Part shown: piece by piece, positions 15,984-25,894 of the stretch
How positions within the stretch are numbered: position 1 is the stretch's first letter
Layout of the letters: the number at the start of each line of letters is the position of its first letter
Assembly: GCA_001784275.1 (NCBI GenBank)
Contig: MFQB01000012.1
Coordinates: 1-33,353, forward strand
Reading direction: 5' to 3'
Length of the DNA: 33,353 nucleotides
Source: Candidatus Magasanikbacteria bacterium RIFCSPHIGHO2_02_FULL_47_14
GTDB taxonomy: Bacteria; Patescibacteriota; Patescibacteriia; Magasanikbacterales; UBA922
Program-made: the position numbers and the translations under genes
The notes under the pieces: generated by a model
Told to the model about the DNA's origin: nothing
The model's database searches: none
Seen by the model: only the letters and a program-made list of their open reading frames with translations

Positions 15984-17012
15984 TCAGGTAATAAGTTGGC
16001 TCATTTTCTTAAGAAAATAAATATTTTTTTCTAAATATTCAGCTCGTTTTTTTGATAAAAGAGTCCGAACTGTATTCTCGTCGCCTTGAAGCTCTGCAAA
16101 CAATGACAGCAACACTTCTGGGGTTATATCTTGTAACGCGACAGAAAACAAAGACGGATACCCGACCATATCAACAAACGCATCGCACTTAATGTTATAC
16201 GAGATATTTAAAAATGGTTTCCCTGCGCCAAGAGCGAAAATCCCCATATGCCCACGTGATCCGACCAAATAATCCATTTGGCTATATGCCCCCATCAGCT
16301 GTTGTGCAGAAGAAGAAAACAATAAAGGGATATCAACACGCTGTCGAAGGCTCAAATAGGAGTCAGTAACTTGTTTTGTATGTGCGATGAGATAGCATGC
16401 ATACTCTGTATGTAACACGGATATAGTTGCGACAAGTGTACGAATATAATTTTGAGCAGCCAGAGTCGAAAGACGAGACAGTGGCACCAACACAAAACCA
16501 ATCTTTTTCTTCTCTGTGAAAGCTAATTCAAATGGAATAGGTGACAAAAACATGGATGGACATGGAACAAGGTCCGTCGGTATTCCTTTGGAAGCAAGCT
16601 CCATTTGGCTCATCACGTCTCGAACTGAACTCAAAGTTACATAATCGTGAAGATGTTGAATTTTTTTCATCATTCTTTTATATCTTTTTTCGTCTTTTGC
16701 CTCGTAATTCAAACCAACACCATATAAAAATATAGGCTTTTTTATACCTTTAAGTGCCCGATATGAAAGCCGCAAGAGTGTCTTTTTTGCATATGGCCAA
16801 TACAGACCGCCTCCCCCAACAACCACACAATCAAAATCTCTATTGACACGGGCAATTGTTGCAGAATCAAAATCTTGATATGCAATAAAAAAATCTTCAA
16901 AGGCGGCTTGTGTATCTATATGCTCCCGTATCAGATATTTAATACCCTCGGCAGATCCGACGTCACCCAGGTTATTATCGTTCGCATAACAGTGAAAAAT
17001 GTTTAACGCCAT
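15984..17012 (-). CDS. Polysaccharide pyruvyl transferase (CsaB/WcaK/EpsO family)
   Basis: 342 aa. The N-terminal NLGDVGSAEGI and the VVVGGGGLYWP motif are characteristic of the PS_pyruv_trans family. Confidence 0.75.
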   Translation of the reverse strand: MALNIFHCYANDNNLGDVGSAEGIKYLIREHIDTQAAFEDFFIAYQDFDSATIARVNRDFDCVVVGGGGLYWPYAKKTLLRLSYRALKGIKKPIFLYGVGLNYEAKDEKRYKRMMKKIQHLHDYVTLSSVRDVMSQMELASKGIPTDLVPCPSMFLSPIPFELAFTEKKKIGFVLVPLSRLSTLAAQNYIRTLVATISVLHTEYACYLIAHTKQVTDSYLSLRQRVDIPLLFSSSAQQLMGAYSQMDYLVGSRGHMGIFALGAGKPFLNISYNIKCDAFVDMVGYPSLFSVALQDITPEVLLSLFAELQGDENTVRTLLSKKRAEYLEKNIYFLKKMSQLIT

Positions 17013-17026
17013 AAGACCGGTGGCTA

Positions 17027-18106
17027 TTATTTTTTTTCTTTATTCAAAAGTAAACGGTAGACAGTCTCGTAGTACTGTCGCACGATACAGTTCCAATCAT
17101 ACAGGGGTACCGCTGCAAAACCATTGCGAGCAAGCTGATCCGAAAAATTCTTGTCATGTGCAACAGACAATATACCTTGAGCTAAACCATGCGGGTCGTC
17201 CACGTCGCAGATTACAGCATTAACAGCATGCTGGCAAATGTCAGGAACCATGCCTACATTCGTTGTGACAACTGGTACACCTGTTGCCCATGATTCAAGT
17301 ATTGCCTTCGGCCCTCCTTCAAGTCGAGATGGGACAACGTATAGGTCAAGTGCCTGATAATATGGAACAATTCTGCAATATTCAGATACGTATGTGTGGA
17401 AAAATGGTATGCCAGATCGTTGCAACCTTTGTTTGACGTATCCGCGGGACGGACCAGTCAAAAGCACAAAGATATTCCTCTCTTTTGCGACCATATCGAG
17501 AGCATCACAAAATACGTCAGGACCCTTAATATATTTCGGTTCAAGCCCGTGCCCCCAATAGTTACCGTCTTTTTGAAAACAACCGATCACACAAACATTA
17601 AGTGAAATCCCGAGTCGCTCACGAATGAGTTGTTTTGTCTCCTGAGAGACTGGCGAAAAATGTGAAATGTCTACACCTATCGGAATGACTTCCACGATGT
17701 CCTTACGCAGGCCTAACCGCAGGAGATGCTCTCTTGTGTTTGTGCATGACGTAACAACGCGTTTTATATGCGTGTTGATGTAAGGGATGTGGCGGCGAGC
17801 AACAACGTCGTCCTCAACATGAAACCACGTCAAGACTAACGTATTTGAGAAAACATCAACGGCTTTCTGTGCAACTGACTGCGTATACGAATGAAATGAT
17901 CCAAAGTGAATGAGCGTGTTGCGTAGTCCTCGTGGTGTTACTCGTACAGTAGCGTCACACAGGCCAAGGGATGTAAGTCGGGAGGTAATTTCACATCCGT
18001 CCTGTCTGATTGACCACGGGGCATTTTCCACAATATATACTAACTGATATCTTTTTCCCAAAAGATTACGCACTATGTCAAAAGCGAGGGTGGCGGTTGA
18101 TCTCAT
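17027..18106 (-). CDS. GT4 family glycosyltransferase
   Basis: 359 aa. E-x7-E signature PSRLEGGPKAILESWATGVPVVTTNVG. Confidence 0.85.
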   Translation of the reverse strand: MRSTATLAFDIVRNLLGKRYQLVYIVENAPWSIRQDGCEITSRLTSLGLCDATVRVTPRGLRNTLIHFGSFHSYTQSVAQKAVDVFSNTLVLTWFHVEDDVVARRHIPYINTHIKRVVTSCTNTREHLLRLGLRKDIVEVIPIGVDISHFSPVSQETKQLIRERLGISLNVCVIGCFQKDGNYWGHGLEPKYIKGPDVFCDALDMVAKERNIFVLLTGPSRGYVKQRLQRSGIPFFHTYVSEYCRIVPYYQALDLYVVPSRLEGGPKAILESWATGVPVVTTNVGMVPDICQHAVNAVICDVDDPHGLAQGILSVAHDKNFSDQLARNGFAAVPLYDWNCIVRQYYETVYRLLLNKEKK

Positions 18107-18115
18107 GTGACAATA

Positions 18116-18925
18116 TTATTTTTGCTCCAGACAGAAAACACACACAGCGATATGCCCAGACCAACGACGTAAAAAAATATCAAGAAAATAGCGGACAATC
18201 CTCGCAACCGCTCTATGACTTTCATAAACCGGCTGTAATAAAGGCCGTATCCAACCCACCTCATCTTTGAGTCCTTTTACACCATCACGGAATGAACACT
18301 CTTTCATTACGAAGCCATATTGTTCAAATATTTGCTTTACAAAATTCAGATCCAGAGCGAATTGGTAAAATGTATCTTTCATTTCTTTTTCTTGTCGGCT
18401 ATCTCTCAAAGCATAAACGCCTCGTCGGGCCAAAAATCGACGCAACGGGGACATATATGGAAAAGTGACAAATACGTAGCCGCCTTTTCTTACCACTCGT
18501 TTCATCTCTCTGACAATATCATCATATCCGTCCCAAAAATGTTCAATAACACCGAACGACCAGTATCCGTCGAAAAAATTATCTTCAAAAGGGAGCGCGC
18601 GAACATCTGCTTCCACCACGGAAAGATGCGGGGCAGCTCTTTTAACCGCCTGCACGGTATCAGGCGCATAATCGACACCATATGCATCATATCCCCACCG
18701 GTCAAATGCATAGACAAACTGTCCTAACCCACATCCACCGTCAAGAACTCGACCCCCCGAAGGGAGATAGGCCTTTGTGATGCGATATACAAAGCTTGTC
18801 TTATGTACCGATGTGATCTGACCTTTCACGTCGGCTTGATCCCAGTGAGTATCCCAAAAATCTTTTGTGCTCTTCATGCCAAAGTATATAAGTCTCTTTT
18901 GTGTGGGGTCATACACACGGTTCAT
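18116..18925 (-). CDS. Class I SAM-dependent methyltransferase
   Basis: 269 aa. Motif I is VLDGGCGLGQFV, with downstream FDGYWSFGVIEHF and GGYVFVTFP. Confidence 0.85.
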   Translation of the reverse strand: MNRVYDPTQKRLIYFGMKSTKDFWDTHWDQADVKGQITSVHKTSFVYRITKAYLPSGGRVLDGGCGLGQFVYAFDRWGYDAYGVDYAPDTVQAVKRAAPHLSVVEADVRALPFEDNFFDGYWSFGVIEHFWDGYDDIVREMKRVVRKGGYVFVTFPYMSPLRRFLARRGVYALRDSRQEKEMKDTFYQFALDLNFVKQIFEQYGFVMKECSFRDGVKGLKDEVGWIRPLLQPVYESHRAVARIVRYFLDIFLRRWSGHIAVCVFCLEQK

Positions 18926-19605
18926 ACTGGCTGTCTACAAACTTCTTCAGAGATAATAACTCCCCACAGCTCACCCCACTGGACGGAATATTCCCGAGGC
19001 GCCCATCCGCTTTGACGTAATTCTTCCTGAAGTGAATCAAGAGTATACTCAATGTAATGAGTCGGATCTAACCGATATTCCAGGCCCTGTTCACGTTTAT
19101 ACATAGCCAACCAGTCCCGTGTAATAAGAGGGACACGAAGTAAAATAACATCCGATAACATATGCAGTTGTTGCAAAAAAGCGACGCGTTCTTTGATGTG
19201 TTCCAGGACGTTCGACAAAATGATTTTATCAAAACGGCGTGATGGTTTATAGGTCAACGCATCGGCGACCACGAACGTTAGATTGTCCGCACTCCAGCGT
19301 TTTTGTGCGATACGTATGTTTCTCAAAGAAATATCAATCCCGACCACAGAATCTGATTTATGAGAAACGTGATAGGCAGTAATTCCTTGACCGCAACCGA
19401 CATCAATAACCAAGTCACCATCAGCAACATGATCAACAAAAAACTGGTAATACTTCATGATCTCATGCTTGGGGTGCGCCCCGTCGTGAGCAATACTAAT
19501 CCATCGACCGATTCCTCTATAACTGACATTGTGCAAAAAAACAAAGAACGATACATTCAAACGCGCAATAAACGTTTTCATTTTTTTATATATTTCAGAC
19601 AGCAT
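18922..19605 (-). CDS. Class I SAM-dependent methyltransferase
   Basis: 227 aa. Motif I is VIDVGCGQGITA, with downstream FDKIILSNVLEHI. Its stop overlaps the next gene's start (ATGA at 18922-18925). Confidence 0.85.
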   Translation of the reverse strand: MLSEIYKKMKTFIARLNVSFFVFLHNVSYRGIGRWISIAHDGAHPKHEIMKYYQFFVDHVADGDLVIDVGCGQGITAYHVSHKSDSVVGIDISLRNIRIAQKRWSADNLTFVVADALTYKPSRRFDKIILSNVLEHIKERVAFLQQLHMLSDVILLRVPLITRDWLAMYKREQGLEYRLDPTHYIEYTLDSLQEELRQSGWAPREYSVQWGELWGVIISEEVCRQPV

Positions 19606-19619
19606 AATCGTACATACCT

Positions 19620-20561
19620 CTACTCTCCTGTCTCGTAATCGTGCTTTTTTCGAAAAACCAACTCAAGTGATGGAAGAAAAAATGACGTCGGCACTCGCAT
19701 GATCTGGGATAAAAAACGCATCATCACAAAAAAGGGCTTCGTTATTTTTGCTTTTACTGTCCGCAAATCATTGATGAAAAAATGGTATCCATACCCGACG
19801 TCTTCAGAGATATCTTCCACGTCCATCATGCACGTACGCGGGGTGCACTCATAATACGTCGCGTTTTTCCAACCGTTTCCGGTTCGAGTAAAACTTGTGA
19901 AACTTCCTTTCGCTTTCCTGAAAAGCCGAGCGTACGTATAGGCAATCTGGGGTGGCAACCAATGAACAAATGGTAAACCGATCGAATGTGTCTCAATAGG
20001 AAAATATCTATTTGGTGTATCAAAAAAACCAATCAAACCGCCTTTCTTTAGTTTTTTATAGTATGAGTCAACGTAGAGGTATCTGTTTTCGAAGGGCAAG
20101 TGTTCGACAACGGCAAGGACGATGATAATATCAAAAAAACCATCCGGATATGGTAACGACCGCGTCTGCTCATTAGAAAAACAGTCGACAGAAACTACCT
20201 TTTCAAGGCGCAACTCTTCTTTTTTTATACGTGTGATCTCTACAAACAGCGGATCCACATCATACGTATAAATCTCGCCAACTACCGGCTGCTGGTTCAG
20301 ATACTCGGTAATGTGGCCCGACGAACAACCCACCTCAAGTACGCGAAGATCCCGCAGCCCTTCCTTTGCACAGTATCGAAACAAGGGAAATAAAAACCGG
20401 CTGCGCTCATCTCGATGAGTAAGATACTGGGGGGCACGCCCAACCCCTTTTCTTTCGATAATTTTTTCGATTACTTTTTGACTATACACTGTTGTATATT
20501 GCTTTTCACCAATATACAAAACACGGTGATCGCCAAAATTTTTTATCTGAAAATCACTCAT
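19620..20561 (-). CDS. Class I SAM-dependent methyltransferase
   Basis: 313 aa. Motif I is VLEVGCSSGHITEYL, with downstream FDIIIVLAVVEHLP and GGLIGFFDTPN. Confidence 0.8.
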   Translation of the reverse strand: MSDFQIKNFGDHRVLYIGEKQYTTVYSQKVIEKIIERKGVGRAPQYLTHRDERSRFLFPLFRYCAKEGLRDLRVLEVGCSSGHITEYLNQQPVVGEIYTYDVDPLFVEITRIKKEELRLEKVVSVDCFSNEQTRSLPYPDGFFDIIIVLAVVEHLPFENRYLYVDSYYKKLKKGGLIGFFDTPNRYFPIETHSIGLPFVHWLPPQIAYTYARLFRKAKGSFTSFTRTGNGWKNATYYECTPRTCMMDVEDISEDVGYGYHFFINDLRTVKAKITKPFFVMMRFLSQIMRVPTSFFLPSLELVFRKKHDYETGE

Positions 20562-20567
20562 ATTTTT

Positions 20568-21695
20568 TTAGGAGCTGCTCTTGATGACCTGACAATACAA
20601 ACATGCCTCTTTTTCTACAGTTGCAGCAAGGCTATGCTGCTCCGCAACAAAATGACGTGCCTCTCGACCGAGCCTTTCTTGTAACTGTTTATCTCCCATT
20701 ATCTTACTAATTCCGTCTTGTAAGTCTTTCACAGTCGGTTCTACAAGCCACCCAGTTTTTCCATGGGCTAGTACATCACGAATGCCGGCCACATTTGTCC
20801 CTAAGCATGGTAATCCGCAAGCCATGGCCTCCAAAAGAGATTTGGGCGTTCCTTCATAATGAGAGCAAAGTACGTATAGTGTATACTGGTTCAATATGCT
20901 TGGCAATAGGAGATTTGAGACAGCCCCTTGGAAATGAACCGAAACTCCCAGCGATTTCGCCAAATCTTTCAACTTGTCTTTTAGGGTTCCGGATCCATAA
21001 ATATCCAAACGATATGGTAAGCCTACAAGGGCGTAAAGCAAACTCTCGATATTTTTTTGAGGGTCAAGACGCCCTACAAAAACCAAATCACCAACTTTCT
21101 CTTCTTGTTTTGTGGACGAAGTGAATATTTCAACATCCACGTAATTCGGTATACGCCGCACAAATGAAATCGAATATTTTCTCAAAACATTTTTGTATTC
21201 TTCCTCACCAGCGACAATCACACCATCAGCATACGAATAACTAAAATATTCTAAAAAACGAGCCCACCAATACCGAATATGATATCCCTTCAAACGTGCA
21301 AAGGAAGAAAGGCTATACCCTGTTCGGACAATAAGCGGTTTTCCGCATAAAAATCTAGCAAGAACTCCGACAAAGCTCCCAGACATTTGATTTGTTTTGT
21401 ATAGATCACATTGAGAAAGTATCGTTTTATGTATAATGGGTAAAAAAAATGCATATAAAACCGTACCTATTTTCCCGGGGAAACAACGCGGTTTAGAAAT
21501 AATATGAATGGCAGATGGCAACAAATGCTGATACACTGCGTCTTGGACGCCGTAACTGAACCAGTAAATCTCTTTGCAAATGTTTTTTTTAACCAGCTCT
21601 TCATATAACCGTTTTTCCCTACTCAGCAACCCTGTATCATTCCAAAGTTGCACTGAAATATCCCAAGTAAAAAAAACCGCTAATCGTATACTCAT
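20568..21695 (-). CDS. GT4 family glycosyltransferase
   Basis: 375 aa. E-x7-E signature CSHYEGTPKSLLEAMACGLPCLGTNVAGIRDV. Confidence 0.85.
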   Translation of the reverse strand: MSIRLAVFFTWDISVQLWNDTGLLSREKRLYEELVKKNICKEIYWFSYGVQDAVYQHLLPSAIHIISKPRCFPGKIGTVLYAFFLPIIHKTILSQCDLYKTNQMSGSFVGVLARFLCGKPLIVRTGYSLSSFARLKGYHIRYWWARFLEYFSYSYADGVIVAGEEEYKNVLRKYSISFVRRIPNYVDVEIFTSSTKQEEKVGDLVFVGRLDPQKNIESLLYALVGLPYRLDIYGSGTLKDKLKDLAKSLGVSVHFQGAVSNLLLPSILNQYTLYVLCSHYEGTPKSLLEAMACGLPCLGTNVAGIRDVLAHGKTGWLVEPTVKDLQDGISKIMGDKQLQERLGREARHFVAEQHSLAATVEKEACLYCQVIKSSS

Positions 21696-21707
21696 ACAAA
21701 GGCATGC

Positions 21708-22655
21708 CTAAGAAAATAATATCCTTCTTATAACAGACAGAACCGGCTTTGGGAAAAAAGTGGCCATATAGTACCCACAAGACCACAGGGGCACCCCGTG
21801 CGTCGACCAAAAAATCTTGAGACAGCGACGCGCCTCATCCATATTATTGACTTTAAAATATGTTTGGACCTCATGCTTCACAAACTCAGCCGGCGGCATC
21901 GGCTGTTGTCTGAGTGCTGCAGGATCAAATTCATCGTATTTGTCGTTTCCACACGAGCGACGTTGGCAGTACATATCACGAGCCGCCTGTGCAAATAAAC
22001 GCTGTCTATACTGCTTTTCTGCCGTCGTTTCGCTGGGTTGATACCGATACTGAATAAGTGGGTCAGCCAGTGTATAGAGTCGTTTGTTGTCTGACAAAAG
22101 TCTTAGATAAAAATCATAATCCTGACTTAAAAAAAACTTCTCTCTGTAGAGATACCCCTCGTTCCGAAAAAAAATAGTCGGATGAAAAATACTGGTTTGA
22201 AATATGCGCCGAGGTGATGTAAAACTTTTCCTTATATAATGAGATCGTTTATACAGTCTCCGTGTCTCCCCTGTTTCCTTGTCAAGCAGAATAGCAGCGG
22301 ATCCCAACAAAAAAACATCCGGATGCCTCTCCATAAAATCCATTTGTCTTTCCAGCCTATTTGAAAACGATATGTCGTCAGCGTCTTGCCGTGCGATATA
22401 TGTTCCACGTGCATGTCCAAGAGCGACATTTAGTGCATAAGCTAAACCATGACAACTCGTCAAAACAACTGGCTGAATACGCAGATCCTTTACGCGAAAT
22501 CTCTCGACAATATCGATTGAATGATCGGTACATCCGTCCAAAATAATAAAAAACTCAATATTATCGTATGTCTGATCCAAGATGCTACGGATTGACTCAG
22601 CCAGTGTTTCCTCGCTGTTGTGTACCGCCATGATGACAGAAATGTCCGGCCTCAT
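21708..22655 (-). CDS. GT2 family glycosyltransferase
   Basis: 315 aa. N-terminal GT-A signature ISVIMAVHNSEETLAESIRSILDQTY...ILDGCTDHS, and DxD-type RQDADD. Confidence 0.85.
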   Translation of the reverse strand: MRPDISVIMAVHNSEETLAESIRSILDQTYDNIEFFIILDGCTDHSIDIVERFRVKDLRIQPVVLTSCHGLAYALNVALGHARGTYIARQDADDISFSNRLERQMDFMERHPDVFLLGSAAILLDKETGETRRLYKRSHYIRKSFTSPRRIFQTSIFHPTIFFRNEGYLYREKFFLSQDYDFYLRLLSDNKRLYTLADPLIQYRYQPSETTAEKQYRQRLFAQAARDMYCQRRSCGNDKYDEFDPAALRQQPMPPAEFVKHEVQTYFKVNNMDEARRCLKIFWSTHGVPLWSCGYYMATFFPKPVLSVIRRILFS

Positions 22656-23620
22656 ACGTCAAAGGGCGGGGCCAAATTCAAAAACTCATCGTGTGGTATT
22701 TGTCGAAGTGACTGAATTCTTTGGCGATGTTTTAAAGCGCGCGGTATATGACGAAAAAATAACCAGTGTGAAATGAGAAAACTATAAAAAAGCATGACGT
22801 CATGTTTACGAACAATCTGACGCAATGTTTTATAAAAAAAATAACTATAACCGACGACGTACCATTTGAATAGCGAAAGAACTGTATAACTTTTGGTAAT
22901 GGTGTACATAAATCCGGCCATTTCATACTTATATTTCCAGCGATATGTATCTCGATCGAGTAATCGCTGCACACCCAGATGCACAGCGTGGGACCGAGTA
23001 TACAAAAAATTTTGATATCCAAGCAAGTATGCACGGATTCCAATGTCCCAGTCGTCAAGACAATATGGAAAGGTCTCATCAAATCCACCGACAGTATCCC
23101 ATATATCTTTGCGGAAAAACAACAGCCCCCCCATGGGACATGGTATCTCAAAAGGGACGCTGTCAGACACCGTTCGCAGTGGAACGCTAGGCTTACGACG
23201 ATTGGTGTAGAGACCGTAAGCATCAGTGAGGTCGCCCCCCCAGTCAATAAACGGGATCGACACAAATGCCGCTTTCGGGTGTGTCTGGTAGAAGGAGACA
23301 AGTTTTTCCAACAGCCGGACATCCTCCGGAAGTATGTCGTCATCCAAAAGGAGTACATAATCTGCTGTTGCATATCCCATACCTATGTTCTTTCCTTTTG
23401 AATACCCGTAATTTACGTTATTTCTTATAACGTGGATTGATGGGAACTGATCAACTAAAAAAGAAACCTGCTGGTCATCCGAACCGTTGTCTATAACGTA
23501 TATCTTATAGTTGGGATATGTGAAAGATAACAAGCGAGGTAATATACGCTCCATGTATTTTTTTCCATTATAGTGAAGTATGACAATGTCAACTGATGGC
23601 GCGGTAGACTCCATGACCAT
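22652..23620 (-). CDS. GT2 family glycosyltransferase
   Basis: 322 aa. Motifs seen: VDIVILHYNG...YVIDNGSDD and LLLDDD. Its stop overlaps the next gene's start (ATGA at 22652-22655). Confidence 0.85.
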   Translation of the reverse strand: MVMESTAPSVDIVILHYNGKKYMERILPRLLSFTYPNYKIYVIDNGSDDQQVSFLVDQFPSIHVIRNNVNYGYSKGKNIGMGYATADYVLLLDDDILPEDVRLLEKLVSFYQTHPKAAFVSIPFIDWGGDLTDAYGLYTNRRKPSVPLRTVSDSVPFEIPCPMGGLLFFRKDIWDTVGGFDETFPYCLDDWDIGIRAYLLGYQNFLYTRSHAVHLGVQRLLDRDTYRWKYKYEMAGFMYTITKSYTVLSLFKWYVVGYSYFFYKTLRQIVRKHDVMLFYSFLISHWLFFRHIPRALKHRQRIQSLRQIPHDEFLNLAPPFDV

Positions 23621-23625
23621 AAAAA

Positions 23626-24354
23626 CTATTTTTTACAAATCACTAAAATATCTTTTGAAAAAATGGTTGTTGTTTTTCTTCCGTAGAGCCTCGTCGTTAT
23701 TAACATATATGACTGAATCAACATACTGAGTAACCACGCCGGGTAATTGAGCGGATTTTCGTAGAAAACATAAATTGCCAAACCGTACACCGTCACATCA
23801 GAAAAACCGGCAAGTCGTGCTACTTGGCTCAGACTCTCCTGGGTAAAGCCAATTTCGTGGGTAAAGTCTATATACCTGCCTCCCGCTGCGGTCATCCAAT
23901 TTGACATATTCGGTGTTTTTATACAGAGGACTCCACCGGGGCGGAGAGCAACAAACATTTTTTCTAAAAGCTCAACAATAACATCTTTTGTTAAGTGTTC
24001 AATGATGTCGTTAAATACAATCGCGTCAAACTCGTTTCGACGGTCGTGAAAAAAAGAATGGAGGTCGTGTTGTTCTGTAGCGAAACCTTGTTTTTGACAA
24101 AAAGAAACTACTTCTGTAGAGATATCGACACCTAAAAAATTCGTATATCCTTCCCGTTGCAAAAAAAACAGAAAGTCCCCCATGCCGCATCCCGCATCAA
24201 CAATACGAGCGTTTTTGTTTTTTGGCAAATGAGATGCATAATTTTTGCGAAAATAACGGCGACGAACTTTATACTCTCGCTGTATCTCCTCAGGACTATG
24301 CGTATAGCCAAAATGAGTTGAAATATATCGATCGAATAGTTTGTGTGTGTTCAT
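23626..24354 (-). CDS. Class I SAM-dependent methyltransferase
   Basis: Motif I is IVDAGCGMGDFLFFL, with downstream FDAIVFNDIIEHL. The tracked start at 24390 is TTG and overlaps the upstream gene by 32 nt. ATG at 24354 (MNTHKLF...) lies 4 nt after the upstream stop. Confidence 0.8.
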   Translation of the reverse strand: MNTHKLFDRYISTHFGYTHSPEEIQREYKVRRRYFRKNYASHLPKNKNARIVDAGCGMGDFLFFLQREGYTNFLGVDISTEVVSFCQKQGFATEQHDLHSFFHDRRNEFDAIVFNDIIEHLTKDVIVELLEKMFVALRPGGVLCIKTPNMSNWMTAAGGRYIDFTHEIGFTQESLSQVARLAGFSDVTVYGLAIYVFYENPLNYPAWLLSMLIQSYMLITTRLYGRKTTTIFSKDILVICKK

Positions 24355-24358
24355 AAGA

Positions 24359-24970
24359 TTATGCAATGCGTGCTTCAAATACGTAAGCAAAAGGAATTCC
24401 CAGCCATAACCTCACCGGAAATACCCGGATATCACTATACCCAAGTTCATCCATCATTTCCAAAACTTCAACTTCTGAATACATATATTTCACCACTTTC
24501 CTTAACTTCCAAGCCAAAGTGGTGTAGAACCATCCGCCAATGCCATAGCCAATAATAGTAAAAAAAATAGCGCCCGACTGTTGGGCCAGAACACTTCTGC
24601 TTTCTCTCAAAAAGCTAAAAAGCTCTTCTCGATTCAAATATTCTGTCATCCAAAAAGAAACAATCATATCATGCGGTGTTGTTATATGTCGAGCAAAGTC
24701 AGAGGCGCTTGCTTCAACCACGGAAAATTCGGGGGGGCACAAGTGTGGATTAACATCTACGCCAGTTATTTTATTTCTATTTTTCTGAAAAAATTTCGAG
24801 TAATACCCGGTACCAATACCAACTTCGACGATTTGTTTGTCCCGTACAAAATTTACCAACGGTAAAATATATCTGCTCGTTGGAACGCGCAAGAGATAGT
24901 GCGAGAGTCCCTTCTTATCATATAAAGCGGTGGTAACACTCTGATATCGGCTATATCCTAAGGCTGGCAT
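24359..24970 (-). CDS. Class I SAM-dependent methyltransferase
   Basis: Motif I is IVEVGIGTGYYSKFF. The tracked start at 24991 is TTG and the first ATG is at 24970. Either start overlaps the upstream gene, by 20 or 41 nt. Confidence 0.75.
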   Translation of the reverse strand: MPALGYSRYQSVTTALYDKKGLSHYLLRVPTSRYILPLVNFVRDKQIVEVGIGTGYYSKFFQKNRNKITGVDVNPHLCPPEFSVVEASASDFARHITTPHDMIVSFWMTEYLNREELFSFLRESRSVLAQQSGAIFFTIIGYGIGGWFYTTLAWKLRKVVKYMYSEVEVLEMMDELGYSDIRVFPVRLWLGIPFAYVFEARIA

Positions 24971-25883
24971 ATATTTGATACAACTCTTCAAGGGTAACGA
25001 ATGAGCATCCCTTCAGGGCAAGCCCGTCTAATACTTTTGTTAAACGACGGACATACCATGCCACACTCCACTCACTTCTGGTATATGGTGTTGCCCGAGG
25101 AATAATCTCCATACTATGAAACATAAGGCAGAAAACGACGTAGTCGTTTGACCGGTACAAGCGTATTGTGTCGTCAATAAGTCGACGTTGTTCATACGCA
25201 GACATATGAGTTGGCCGTAACCAACGATACCACAACCATCTATCCGGCGCAAAGGCGAATCGTTTCCCTTGAATAGTAATAGGTACTTCAAGGAGCGGCT
25301 CACTGAATCGCTGTGTATTTTCTTTATTTATAAAGTATGGTTGAACAGGATACTGACGAAAGTTAGGGCCGCCCTGATACGACCAGTCAATTCCTGGGGT
25401 AACGGAACTGTCAACGTGATAACCCAGAGATTGGAGACTTTGCCACGTGTCTCCATCTGCCCCAAAACGAGCTGCGCGGTATGATGTCGGATTGACACCA
25501 AGTCGTTCGCCAATCATAGCGGTCAATGTTTGTATTTTTTTATATTCGGTGGATAGATCGTATGCATAACAGGGATATTCGTCGCTTCTCGTTCCATTAT
25601 AGTGACTGTACTTCTTCATTGGTTCGACATATTCAGCATGAAGATGTGCCCCTATTTCAGCACCTTTCGTCTTTTCTTGAGATAATGACTCACAACTTTG
25701 CCGGTCCTCGACCACTTCTGGTGAAACAAAGTACACGGGCCGGACCCCAAATCGATCCCAGATGGGCCGGAGTAGCTGTGGTACTCCTTGAGTAACCGAG
25801 CTAAATTGAAGCGGATCACTCCGCCTCCAACTTGTCGAACAATCTGGCTCGGTGTCAACTGTTACTACACAATACAACTGCAC
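24951..25883 (-). CDS. Divergent polysaccharide deacetylase-like protein (CE4 / glycoside hydrolase-deacetylase barrel superfamily)
   Basis: 310 aa. N-terminal VVTVDTEPD, then GAHLHAEY, YRAARFGADG and FHSMEI follow the order of CE4-type motifs. The only start near the N-terminus is GTG at 25883; there is no in-frame ATG. Confidence 0.6.
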   Translation of the reverse strand: MQLYCVVTVDTEPDCSTSWRRSDPLQFSSVTQGVPQLLRPIWDRFGVRPVYFVSPEVVEDRQSCESLSQEKTKGAEIGAHLHAEYVEPMKKYSHYNGTRSDEYPCYAYDLSTEYKKIQTLTAMIGERLGVNPTSYRAARFGADGDTWQSLQSLGYHVDSSVTPGIDWSYQGGPNFRQYPVQPYFINKENTQRFSEPLLEVPITIQGKRFAFAPDRWLWYRWLRPTHMSAYEQRRLIDDTIRLYRSNDYVVFCLMFHSMEIIPRATPYTRSEWSVAWYVRRLTKVLDGLALKGCSFVTLEELYQIYASLRI

Positions 25884-25894
25884 ATGAAAATCGT

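Noticed and set aside
22732-23373. A 213-aa same-strand alternative-frame ORF inside the GT2 gene 22652-23620, plus antisense ORFs at 22945-23190 and 22979-23401.
   Set aside because: The translations are Cys/Arg/Leu-rich and low in complexity, with no recognisable motifs. The GT2 frame has clear GT-A motifs along its whole length. These are most likely chance open frames from local codon composition.
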